A stretch of 64,000 nt of DNA. Source: a virus. The DNA lies in UHGV virus genome UHGV-1367859; one strand, written 5' to 3'. Both the position numbers and the translations under genes were made by a program. This document shows, piece after piece, positions 8,594-15,637 of the stretch. How positions within the stretch are numbered: the stretch's first letter is position 1; each line of letters opens with the position of its first letter. The notes below the pieces were generated by a model. That model made no database searches. It was not told the origin of the DNA and worked only from the letters and a program-made list of their open reading frames with translations.

Positions 8594-9652
8594 TTGTACG
8601 AAGATATGTGGGATAATCTTTCAATGGCTGAAAAAGCTAATATTATAATGTTAGGTATAAAATCGGGTATTGTAGATTTGCCAACCATAAGAAGGGGTTA
8701 TAATAGTTTTGCTAGAGGGGGATATACTAAGTGGAAAGAGAAGATTCAAAAGCATAAAGGAATTATTATAGATGGTGATGACACCTATGACTATAGAGGG
8801 TTTTATGATAGCAATCCTGATGCTGCTTGGGAGATGCTGAAAGAGTCTGGTACAAGTCACTTTCCTGATAGATTTAAGACTGCAAGTCACCCATCCTTCT
8901 CAGATGAATCTCAATACTCTGGCAGAGTAAGTAGACACAATCCTAAAGGTATACAAGGTGGTCATTGGTATAATGACCACATATACCAAATGTCGGAAGA
9001 CCAGTTCAGCACAGACTGGGATACAGATAGAACTTTAGATTATTTCAGTCAAGAAAATGAGTCTCCTGTATTATACGGACCAGATGGCTCTACAGTACTA
9101 AGAAGTATACAAGTTACGCCTCAGTCTTCTGCACTAAATAGAAGTAGAGAGGCAACAAGCCCAAATACTGACTTTAGTAATGCACAGGACATGACAGGAA
9201 CACAACAGTTTGGGGCTAATTGGTTAGCAGAAATACCTATTATAGGTACTAATCCTCACACTTGTCTTAATACAGTTACAGGGTTTTATGACCCTAAGAG
9301 TACTGTAGCATCTAATGCTAATATGGTAGCTAGACCTGAAGATTTTGGGTATAGAGAGATACCACAAACTGAGGCAGTCCCTGGAGATATTATTATACTT
9401 TCAAATAGTGATAATCATCCTACTCACGCTGTAATGTTTGACAGTGTATCTGAGGAAGAGGGGATACATAATGGGTATCATATTGAAGTAGGAGATACCT
9501 TAGTTAACTATTCTAATGGAGGGAGAAATAAAGGCGACTATAGGTTGCAAGGACCATTGCCTAGATTTAATGACCCAGAGAGAGCAGGAGGAGATTTTTC
9601 AGGGGTACATAGGTACTATAGATACACTGGAAAAGGAAGAAAGAAAAAATAA
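8594..9652 (+). CDS. NlpC/P60 or CHAP-like peptidase (putative cell-wall hydrolase)
   Basis: The track starts at a TTG. ATG 8606 is the likely start. A Cys (NPHTCLNTV) followed by GDIIILSNSDNHPTHAVMFD and a later His fits a papain-like Cys/His hydrolase. Confidence 0.35.
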   Translation: MYEDMWDNLSMAEKANIIMLGIKSGIVDLPTIRRGYNSFARGGYTKWKEKIQKHKGIIIDGDDTYDYRGFYDSNPDAAWEMLKESGTSHFPDRFKTASHPSFSDESQYSGRVSRHNPKGIQGGHWYNDHIYQMSEDQFSTDWDTDRTLDYFSQENESPVLYGPDGSTVLRSIQVTPQSSALNRSREATSPNTDFSNAQDMTGTQQFGANWLAEIPIIGTNPHTCLNTVTGFYDPKSTVASNANMVARPEDFGYREIPQTEAVPGDIIILSNSDNHPTHAVMFDSVSEEEGIHNGYHIEVGDTLVNYSNGGRNKGDYRLQGPLPRFNDPERAGGDFSGVHRYYRYTGKGRKKK

Positions 9653-9688
9653 TTCAGTAAAAAAAAAGTTGTATATAAAAAACATAAT

Positions 9689-10261
9689 ATGAAACTAGGC
9701 ACACATAATTCAATGTCTTATCTTAAACCTAAAAGATGGTGGATGAGACCTTTTCACTTCATAGCTAAATGTCAAAGTAGACATATAGACCATTAGTACA
9801 AGCTAGGTGCTAGAATGTTTGATATAAGAGTCTCTTATAATAAGTATGGAGAAGCTGAATTTAGACATGGCTCTATGGCATTTGAAGGAGATGTAGAAGG
9901 AGTATTTAAATATTTGAATAGTCGTAATAGAGCTATCTATGTAAGATTAATTCTAGAAGTGTCAAAGAATACTAAGAACAGGGAAGATAAAGAAAGACTG
10001 TTTATTAATGATTGTAAGAGATGGGCTGAGACATATACCCATATTAAATTTTTCTGCGGAAGAAGAAAATTTGATTGGGTTCAGTTATATAAGTTTGAAC
10101 TAGATGATATAGAGCTTGTTCAGAAAATCTCCTCCATGACTGGTACAGTACTAGATGATTGGTGGCCTTGGCTATATGCAAGGTTCTTCAATAAGAAGAA
10201 TCTAGAAAAGCATAGAGATAGTAAGGATTGGATGTTGATTGATTTTATTGGAATGGTATAA
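9689..10261 (+). CDS. hypothetical protein with one in-frame TAG (9794)
   Basis: ATG at 9689 is in frame with the track ORF 9815..10261. The single TAG is the only interruption. TAA stop. Confidence 0.5.
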
Positions 10262-10267
10262 AGTGTG

Positions 10268-10318
10268 ATAATTTATCTATGGTAATATAAAAGCCATAGA
10301 TAAATTATTTTATTATAT
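10268..10318 (+). terminator. Rho-independent terminator
   Basis: Perfect 15-bp inverted repeat ataatttatctatgg / ccatagataaattat with an 11-nt loop, followed by a T-rich run. Confidence 0.75.
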
Positions 10319-10365
10319 AAGCTAAAAAAAACACTTAGCCTATTGGATATATCATGGCTATTATA

Positions 10366-10373
10366 TAACTTTG
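10366..10373 (+). promoter_or_regulatory. -7 promoter box TAACTTTG
   Basis: ttatataactttgcatta lies 18 nt upstream of ATG 10392. Confidence 0.45.
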
Positions 10374-10391
10374 CATTATATATAAGAATAA

Positions 10392-11426
10392 ATGAAAACT
10401 AGAAAAGAGACTGTACTAGGTAAGAGATTAGTGTAGGGAGACCCTAATCTAGTTACCAAAGATGAAATACTTGTAAAAGAAGTTGGGAATGAAGTTAAGT
10501 TATATGAGAGAAGTGATAATGGTAAACTTGTGTTATTAACTCCTGAAAGTAATAAACCTGCACCTAAAGATTATTTAGAGGTTTATTGGGCTAATTTCTC
10601 ATGTCATATGAACCCAGGAAACATGGTACCTACTGACACTGCGTATACCATAGCTATAGACGCTCTACCATTAAAAAGAAATGGAAAAAATATATAGTAT
10701 TTTTTATTTTCATTTCCTTTTTAGGGAGACTACTCCCTCGATGAGGGAGAAGTGACTGTTCTTACGAGATTAAGAACAGTCGACAACTCCCATTTGTTGG
10801 AGTTGCAAGAATTAAATAAAATACATAATATACAAGACGTCCTTAATATAATAACTAAGGATGCGTTTGTCGAGGACCTACATACAACCAATTATATTCC
10901 ATCTATAATACGCCAAAAATCTAGAGGAATTCTTGGTTTAATTAAATTAACTGCTAATACAGACGATTATCATATTCTAGATGCAAACTTAGAATTTCTT
11001 CCTGCGTTTACACAGAAAGAGGAACTTGAGGAGTAGAAATCTTTATTAGATGGGTCATTCAGAGAATGGAGGTGGAAAGCTAACTTTAAAATAAAAAATA
11101 TAGATAATTAGGTTAGAACCTTCCTAGCTGAAGAAATGTGTTATGTAGATGGAACTGTGATAGCAGGTTCTATAGGACCTACTTATCTTCAAAGCATTCG
11201 CCAGGCAATTATTAAGAATAAAGAAGTCTATGTTGGAGAGGTCCCAGCTAATGGAGGCCGTCATAAAGTAGATAATGGGGTAATACAACATGCTAAGTAT
11301 CTATTTACTAGAAATACCTATGTTGTTAACTAGGCCTATAAAAGCAGATAGACTCCTGTCTCTCAGGAGGATCTTCGCAGGTATTTTATAAAAAACATAA
11401 GCCAACACAAAATTTTAACAAAATAA
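10392..11426 (+). CDS. hypothetical protein with 7 in-frame TAG codons
   Basis: One frame runs from ATG 10392 to TAA 11424-11426. It joins track ORFs 10752..11036 and 11136..11333, which share this frame. The TAG codons are at 10434, 10695, 10722, 11034, 11109, 11331 and 11349. Confidence 0.55.
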
Positions 11427-11434
11427 AAAAAAAA

Positions 11435-11498
11435 GAGAAGGAGAACATGCCACCTGTACCCGACGCGTCGAGTGTGGTGATTCTCCTTTTTTTTCTGT
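11435..11498 (+). terminator. Rho-independent terminator (compound hairpin)
   Basis: gagaaggagaa ... ttctcctt with an inner GC palindrome cgacgcgtcg, followed by tttttttt. Confidence 0.6.
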
Positions 11499-11503
11499 CT
11501 AAA

Positions 11504-11537
11504 AATTTGCATATATCAAAAATTTTACCTAACTTTG
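11504..11537 (+). promoter_or_regulatory. promoter of the tRNA array (TTTG ... TAACTTTG)
   Basis: tttgcatatatcaaaaattttacctaactttgcac has a -33 TTTG and a -7 TAACTTTG about 20 nt apart. The first tRNA starts 22 nt downstream. Confidence 0.55.
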
Positions 11538-11558
11538 CACTGTAATTCAAGAGAACAT

Positions 11559-11630
11559 TGCCACTTGGTGTAATGGTCAGCACATCAGATTTTGGTTCTG
11601 AGTGTAAGGGTTCAAGTCCTTTAGTGGCAA
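11559..11630 (+). tRNA. tRNA-Gln(TTG)
   Basis: Acceptor TGCCACT/AGTGGCA, D arm GTGT-AATGGTCA-GCAC, anticodon stem TCAGA/TCTGA, loop TTTTGGT, T arm AAGGG-TTCAAGT-CCTTT. Confidence 0.8.
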
Positions 11631-11634
11631 CTAT

Positions 11635-11705
11635 GCTCCCTTAGTTCAATGGAAGAACAAGGGTCTTCTAAGCCCTAAGTTGTAAGTTCGAGTCTTACAG
11701 GGAGT
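11635..11705 (+). tRNA. tRNA-Arg(TCT)
   Basis: Acceptor GCTCCCT/AGGGAGT, D arm GTTC..GAAC, anticodon stem AGGGT/GCCCT, loop CTTCTAA, T arm GTAAG-TTCGAGT-CTTAC. Confidence 0.7.
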
Positions 11706-11791
11706 ACAAACTTGTTCGTGAAAAGAATGTAAATGGCAAAGAAGTGAGAATCATTACCTACCTAGCCTGTGAAGGTGCAAGTAGGGTGCAT

Positions 11792-11864
11792 GGTGCCATC
11801 TTCTAAATGGTCAGGAAACTGCCCTTTCAAGGCAGTAATCTGGGTTCAAACCCCAGTGGCACTA
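11792..11864 (+). tRNA. tRNA-Glu(TTC)
   Basis: Acceptor GGTGCCA/TGGCACT, anticodon stem CTGCC/GGCAG, loop CTTTCAA, T arm CTGGG-TTCAAAC-CCCAG. Confidence 0.7.
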
Positions 11865-11872
11865 CAATATAT

Positions 11873-11946
11873 AGCTCATGAAGTGTAATGGTTTTGCATA
11901 TCACACTGTCAATGTGAGGGATGGGGTTCAATTCCCCCATGGGCTG
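11873..11946 (+). tRNA. tRNA-Asp(GTC)-like (irregular D arm)
   Basis: Anticodon stem TCACA/TGTGA, loop CTGTCAA, T arm TGGGG-TTCAATT-CCCCC, acceptor AGCTCAT/ATGGGCT. I could not fold the D region canonically. Confidence 0.4.
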
Positions 11947-11980
11947 CTGGCTATGTAACAAAGGCTCAGAGGAGCCAAAT

Positions 11981-12067
11981 GGAAGTCTAATCTATCAGGG
12001 ATAGAAGCAGTCTTGAAAACTGAATGCTCATGTGAAAGTGGGTGGGGTTCGAGTCCTCAGGCTTCCT
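11981..12067 (+). tRNA. tRNA-Ser(TGA) (class II)
   Basis: Acceptor GGAAGTC/GGCTTCC, anticodon stem CAGT/ACTG, loop CTTGAAA, long variable arm, T arm TGGGG-TTCGAGT-CCTCA. Confidence 0.6.
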
Positions 12068-12069
12068 CT

Positions 12070-12267
12070 ATGATAACAATATTGAGAAGAGAAGGGTGGG
12101 TACTCAACCCTAATGATAAAGTAGTCAACTCAATACTTAAGAGAGTTGAACAGAACAATGGACTATGTCCCTGTCAGAATGACTCTGAGGATAAGCATTG
12201 TCCTTGTTCGAACTATAGAGTACTAGACCACTGTTGCTGCGGTTTATATAAGAAACTTGGAGAGTAA
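12070..12267 (+). CDS. small Cys-rich protein (about 65 aa)
   Basis: The ATG at 12070 is immediately 3' of tRNA-Ser. Cys pattern CPC ... CPC ... CCC. The upstream part of track ORF 12013.. overlaps the tRNA. Confidence 0.25.
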   Translation: MITILRREGWVLNPNDKVVNSILKRVEQNNGLCPCQNDSEDKHCPCSNYRVLDHCCCGLYKKLGE

Positions 12268-12343
12268 TTTATCAAGGTGATAAACCTATCTGCTAAATAG
12301 TGTGGTCATTAATTTGGCTTTGGTTCGAGTCCAATGCTCTCCT
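12259..12343 (+). tRNA. tRNA-Ser(GCT) (class II)
   Basis: Acceptor GGAGAGT/GCTCTCC, anticodon stem CTAT/ATAG, loop CTGCTAA, long variable arm, T loop TTCGAGT. Confidence 0.6.
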
Positions 12344-12349
12344 CAACAT

Positions 12350-12424
12350 AGAGTAGTAGGGTAATAGGTAACCCCCTTCATTTGGGATGAAGTGATACTG
12401 CAAGTTCGAGTCTTGTCTACTCTA
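12350..12424 (+). tRNA. tRNA-Pro(TGG)
   Basis: Acceptor AGAGTAG/CTACTCT, D arm GGGT..ACCC, anticodon stem CTTCA/TGAAG, loop TTTGGGA, T arm GCAAG-TTCGAGT-CTTGT. Confidence 0.7.
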
Positions 12425-12430
12425 CTTAAT

Positions 12431-12504
12431 GGGCGTTGTGGTGTAATTGGCTAACACATCTCCTTTGCAAGGAGAAGTTCAGGGTTCAAGTCCCTCATTG
12501 TCCA
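12431..12504 (+). tRNA. tRNA-Ala(TGC)-like (mismatched acceptor)
   Basis: D arm GTGT..ACAC, anticodon stem TCTCC/GGAGA, loop TTTGCAA, T loop TTCAAGT. The acceptor stem has two or three non-Watson-Crick pairs, so this may be a degenerate copy. Confidence 0.45.
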
Positions 12505-12589
12505 CTTTGTTTTTCATGTTTTCATAAAATTGTAGGACTGTTGTTAGTCCCTCTTTTCGGCAGTTAGAGGATAAAGAAACTGCCCACTT

Positions 12590-12660
12590 TGGGATATAGC
12601 TCGAAGGTCGAGCGTGAGACTGTTAATCTCTTGGTGAGAGTTCGATTCTCTCTATCCCAG
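12590..12660 (+). tRNA. tRNA-Asn(GTT)
   Basis: Acceptor TGGGATA/TATCCCA, U8, D arm GCTC-GAAGGTC-GAGC, anticodon stem TGAGA/TCTCT, loop CTGTTAA, T arm GAGAG-TTCGATT-CTCTC. Confidence 0.7.
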
Positions 12661-12778
12661 CCTAATAAAGAGAATAGTACTAGTGTAAGACTCAACGTAA
12701 CATGTTCAGATATTAGCTCTGTTCTGAGTGTCGTATAACTCAACCTAGCTACAGGGGGTGGTTAAAGGTAGCAACTGG

Positions 12779-12827
12779 TAGGTATGGTACTAGTAAAAGT
12801 TCGATTCTTTTACCTACCACTATGAGA
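12779..12827 (+). ncRNA. tRNA-like minihelix (acceptor stem plus T arm only) overlapping the HNH gene start
   Basis: GGTAGGT-ATGGTACTAGT-AAAAG-TTCGATT-CTTTT-ACCTACC-A has a perfect 7-bp acceptor and a 5-bp T stem but no D or anticodon arms. The HNH ATG (12822) lies inside it. Confidence 0.3.
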
Positions 12828-13298
12828 AGAAAAGGTACAAGTAAAGTATATAGTATCTCTGATAAGGAGTTTATAAATTTAATAAATAGAGTTAATAGTT
12901 ACTCTGATGCCCTGAGAGCATTAGGACTAACTACTAAAGGGGGTTCTTCACAAGATGTCTTGAAAAGAAGAATCCAAGAACTAGGATGTTCAACATCTCA
13001 CTTTGGAGATGTAAGCATAAAATCTCCAACGCAAGTATATCCCATTGAGAACATACTAGTAAAGAATAGTAGCTATGCTAATATAGCTTCACTTAAAAGA
13101 AGGCTTATAGACAATAAGTTGCTAAAATATGAATGCAGTAAATGTGGTATATCCTCGTGGAATGGTCAGCCACTATCTCTACATCTAGACCACATAAATG
13201 GTATAAATAATGACCATAGATTAGAGAATTTAAGATTCTTATGCCCTAACTGTCATTCACAGACAAGTACATACGCAGGTAAAAACAAAAGAAAATAA
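12822..13298 (+). CDS. HNH homing endonuclease
   Basis: C-terminal CSKCG ... HLDHINGINNDHRLENLRFLCPNCHSQ is an HNH motif with zinc-binding Cys pairs. It is a paralogue of ORF 5573..5989(-) and sits inside the tRNA array. Confidence 0.7.
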   Translation: MRRKGTSKVYSISDKEFINLINRVNSYSDALRALGLTTKGGSSQDVLKRRIQELGCSTSHFGDVSIKSPTQVYPIENILVKNSSYANIASLKRRLIDNKLLKYECSKCGISSWNGQPLSLHLDHINGINNDHRLENLRFLCPNCHSQTSTYAGKNKRK

Positions 13299-13307
13299 TC
13301 ATTACTC

Positions 13308-13382
13308 ATTGGTGTAGTGTTAATGGTAGCACAGTGAACTCCAAATTCACAAGTGAGGGTTCGATTCCTTCCACCTTTGCCA
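13308..13382 (+). tRNA. tRNA-Trp(CCA), 3' CCA encoded
   Basis: D arm GTGT-TAATGGTA-GCAC, anticodon stem GTGAA/TTCAC, loop CTCCAAA, T arm GAGGG-TTCGATT-CCTTC. The acceptor has two U.U mismatches. Confidence 0.6.
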
Positions 13383-13385
13383 CAT

Positions 13386-13459
13386 TGGGATATAGCTTAG
13401 ATGGTTAAAGCATCTGACTGATATTCAGAAGACCGTAGGTTCAAGTCCCACTATCCCAA
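13386..13459 (+). tRNA. tRNA-Ile(GAT)
   Basis: Acceptor TGGGATA/TATCCCA, D arm GCTT..AAGC, anticodon stem TCTGA/TCAGA, loop CTGATAT, T loop TTCAAGT. Confidence 0.7.
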
Positions 13460-13461
13460 CT

Positions 13462-13533
13462 GTACTAGTAGCTTAATGGTAAAGCACCACACTGTGAATG
13501 TGGAAGATGTGAGTTCAATTCTCACCTAGCACC
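13462..13533 (+). tRNA. tRNA-His(GTG)
   Basis: D arm GCTT..AAGC, anticodon stem CCACA/TGTGG, loop CTGTGAA, T arm GTGAG-TTCAATT-CTCAC, discriminator C. Confidence 0.7.
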
Positions 13534-13540
13534 CCAACAT

Positions 13541-13617
13541 ATGGATGTATCCCCTGTGTCTTATACACACTAGAAAGGGTAGTTGGTCACACGCAGGTTC
13601 AAGCCCTGCCATCCATA
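13541..13617 (+). tRNA. atypical tRNA-like gene of unknown identity
   Basis: Perfect acceptor ATGGATG/CATCCAT and T arm GCAGG-TTCAAGC-CCTGC. The interior is irregular: the only anticodon-like hairpin is GTGT-CTTATAC-ACAC (anticodon TAT) or TGTG-TCTTATA-CACA (TTA). There is no standard D arm and a 21-nt variable region. Confidence 0.3.
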
Positions 13618-13675
13618 CAATACTCATGAGTGGCATAGTAGTCCCTGGGGTGGTTTCAAACTGCTATGTCTGTAT

Positions 13676-13747
13676 CTCTAGGATTCCGAATGGTTAGGAG
13701 CTGGTCTGCAAAACCAGTATTTGTGGGTTCAATTCCCACCCTAGAGT
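13676..13747 (+). tRNA. tRNA-Cys(GCA)
   Basis: Acceptor CTCTAGG/CCTAGAG, anticodon stem CTGGT/ACCAG, loop CTGCAAA, T arm GTGGG-TTCAATT-CCCAC. Confidence 0.7.
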
Positions 13748-13859
13748 CCTTGGAGGAGCAGGTAGTCTATCCATGGAAAAACCTCCGTAAAAACAGCTAC
13801 AATTGACTACTAAGGAGAAGGAAGGGATAAATAACTCCTTAACAAATACCCTTCTACCA

Positions 13860-13931
13860 CTTCCTATAGCTCAATGGTAGAGCTACTGACTCTTAATCAG
13901 AAGGTTCAAGGTTCAAATCCTTGTAGGAAGA
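13860..13931 (+). tRNA. tRNA-Lys(CTT)
   Basis: Acceptor CTTCCTA/TAGGAAG, D arm GCTC-AATGGTA-GAGC, anticodon stem CTGA/TCAG, loop CTCTTAA, T arm CAAGG-TTCAAAT-CCTTG. Confidence 0.7.
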
Positions 13932-14113
13932 CATAACATTTTAATTAAATAACAGTGTTATGAGAGTACTTAGATTTATTAAGAAAGCAGTCAAAGCTTA
14001 TTTTAGAATGACTGCTGAGAACTATTCTATAAGGTGTACAGGTGATGTATTTATACCTGTCCCTTAAGGATAGTTCCTCCTTCCTCTCTGACAAGTTATT
14101 TGATAATAAATAT

Positions 14114-14194
14114 GGGAGTATCGCGTAGTGGCAATCGCAGTTGACTGTAAATCAACCCTCTAAGAGTTCATAGGTTCGAGTCCTTTTGCTCCCA
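14114..14194 (+). tRNA. tRNA-Tyr(GTA) (class II)
   Basis: Acceptor GGGAGTA/TGCTCCC, anticodon stem GTTGA/TCAAC, loop CTGTAAA, 13-nt variable arm, T loop TTCGAGT. Confidence 0.65.
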
Positions 14195-14259
14195 CTTCAA
14201 TAGAACTTTGGCTTTTATCTATAAGCCTGACAGGGGTAGAGACCTGAATAGATAATATT

Positions 14260-14333
14260 GGAACTTTGGTGTAGATGGTTTGTCACATCAGATTGAAGCT
14301 CTGAGGGCTGGGGTTCGACTCCCTGAGGTTCCA
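14260..14333 (+). tRNA. tRNA-Phe(GAA)
   Basis: Acceptor GGAACTT/AGGTTCC, anticodon stem TCAGA/TCTGA, loop TTGAAGC, T loop TTCGACT. Confidence 0.7.
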
Positions 14334-14356
14334 CTACATAGTAAAAAGAGAAAGAT

Positions 14357-14956
14357 ATGGTAATAAAAAGAGGGGATAAAGGTCCTAATGTAAAGCTCCT
14401 TCAGAGGAAGCTTAATCTGAAAGATGATGGAATATTTGGACCTCTCACAGAAGAAGCAGTCAAAGAATTTCAGAAGGCTAATGGTCTTGTTGTAGATGGC
14501 ATAGTGGGAAATAACACATGGTCTAAGCTGAATGTAACTCAGAACAAGAGGAATATAAAGGAAATTATAGTTCATTGTTCTGCTACTCCTGAAGGTGAGG
14601 ACTTTACTACTGCGCAGATTAAGCAATGGCACCTTCAAAGAGGTTTCTCTGATATAGGTTATCATTATGTAATCTATAGAGATGGGTCAATACATGCTGG
14701 TAGACCAGAGGCTATATCTGGAGCACACTGTACTGGGCACAATACAATGTCTATTGGAGTATGCTATATCGGAGGATGTGCCAAGGATGGAAAAACTCCA
14801 AAAGATACTAGAACTGAAGCTCAAAAAGCTGCTCTAGTACAGCTTCTTAAACAGCTTAAAGCAAAGTACCCTAATGCTACAATACATGGCCATAGGGAGT
14901 TTGCAAATAAAGCATGTCCAAGTTTTGATGCTAAAGCAGAATATACTTCTCTCTAA
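14357..14956 (+). CDS. endolysin: N-acetylmuramoyl-L-alanine amidase (Amidase_2/PGRP, T7-lysozyme-like) with N-terminal peptidoglycan-binding domain
   Basis: N-terminal KGPNVKLLQRKLNL ... DGIFGP ... GLVVDGIVGNNTW matches PG_binding_1. The C-terminus carries HCSAT ... GYHYVI ... CTGHN ... IGV ... HGHRE ... KACP zinc-amidase residues. Confidence 0.75.
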   Translation: MVIKRGDKGPNVKLLQRKLNLKDDGIFGPLTEEAVKEFQKANGLVVDGIVGNNTWSKLNVTQNKRNIKEIIVHCSATPEGEDFTTAQIKQWHLQRGFSDIGYHYVIYRDGSIHAGRPEAISGAHCTGHNTMSIGVCYIGGCAKDGKTPKDTRTEAQKAALVQLLKQLKAKYPNATIHGHREFANKACPSFDAKAEYTSL

Positions 14957-14971
14957 AAAGAGAGACAATAA

Positions 14972-15053
14972 GCCTCTGTGGTGAAATGGTAAACACAAGG
15001 GACTTAAAATCCCTCGGATTTAATCCTTGAGGGTTCAAATCCCTCCAGAGGTA
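14972..15053 (+). tRNA. tRNA-Leu(TAA) (class II)
   Basis: Acceptor GCCTCTG/CAGAGGT, anticodon stem AGGGA/TCCCT, loop CTTAAAA, long variable arm, T arm GAGGG-TTCAAAT-CCCTC. Confidence 0.75.
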
Positions 15054-15057
15054 CAAT

Positions 15058-15144
15058 GCCCCCTTGGTGGAATGGTAGACACGCTGGTCTTAGGAACCAG
15101 TATGAAGTAATAGTAGTGTGAGGGTTCGAGTCTCTCAGGGGGTA
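15058..15144 (+). tRNA. tRNA-Leu(TAG) (class II; reads CUN, not a stop-codon reader)
   Basis: Acceptor GCCCCCT/AGGGGGT, anticodon stem CTGGT/ACCAG, loop CTTAGGA, long variable arm, T arm GAGGG-TTCGAGT-CTCTC. Confidence 0.75.
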
Positions 15145-15149
15145 CTGAA

Positions 15150-15612
15150 ATAAGAAATTAAGTATTTATATAACATTGAGTTTTACTGTAAATATTCAGG
15201 TGGCGTAATTCATGTTATCATAACCCCTTTACTATTTGTAAAAGTATGAAATACACAGTTTAGTATAATAAACAGAAATATCAAGTAGACATATCTGATA
15301 ATAATATAGCTATTTATGATTCCTATAAAATCACTTCATTATCTGATATGAGTAGTTTCTCATTCATTTAAAAGCTAGATTTTACCCATACAGTTCTATT
15401 AATAACAGAACTATGTTTAGCTTACTTAATGAATGGAGAACTCACAATTTATTATATTCTCTTGGTGTTCAAAAAGAAAGAACTGCTAGTGTAGACCTGG
15501 AGTCTAATCAATCTTGGTATATGACCGTAGCTTATGCTATATTATCTCCATTTTATTTACACTTTTATTAAAAATTTATTATCAATTTATTTGGTAATTT
15601 AAATTATTTTTC
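15150..15612. other. about 490-bp AT-rich non-coding spacer inside the tRNA array
   Basis: No ORF of 60 aa or more in any frame. Repeated AATTTATT / TAATTTAAATTA motifs. It ends at the promoter box of the suppressor tRNA. Confidence 0.4.
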
Positions 15613-15620
15613 ATACCTTT
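15613..15620 (+). promoter_or_regulatory. -7 promoter box TACCTTTG upstream of the suppressor tRNA
   Basis: tttttcatacctttgcattg has the same TTTT(T/G)C-TACCTTTGCA consensus as the boxes at 24310, 35484 and 42667. It ends 18 nt before tRNA position 1. Confidence 0.5.
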
Positions 15621-15637
15621 GCATTGTTAATAAAATA

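Noticed and set aside
11386-11583. Track ORF on the minus strand overlapping the tRNA-array promoter and tRNA-Gln
   Set aside because: It overlaps a terminator, a promoter and a tRNA, and its sequence is low-complexity (FFFILLKF). Spurious.
6010-11705. Two tRNAs with loop CTTCTAA (6010-6082 minus, 11635-11705 plus) considered as possible suppressors
   Set aside because: Positions 34-36 are TCT in both, giving anticodon UCU (Arg, AGA). Neither can read a stop codon.
13748-13859. GGAGG...CCTCC hairpin-rich spacer between tRNA-Cys and tRNA-Lys considered as another tRNA
   Set aside because: It has no T-loop (TTCRA) or acceptor/T-arm pairing. It may be a processing spacer or a small hairpin only.
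15058-15144. tRNA with TAG in its anticodon loop considered as the stop-codon reader
   Set aside because: Anticodon UAG reads CUA/CUN Leu codons, and the gene is a normal class II tRNA-Leu. The TAG reader must have anticodon CUA, which is the tRNA at 15638.
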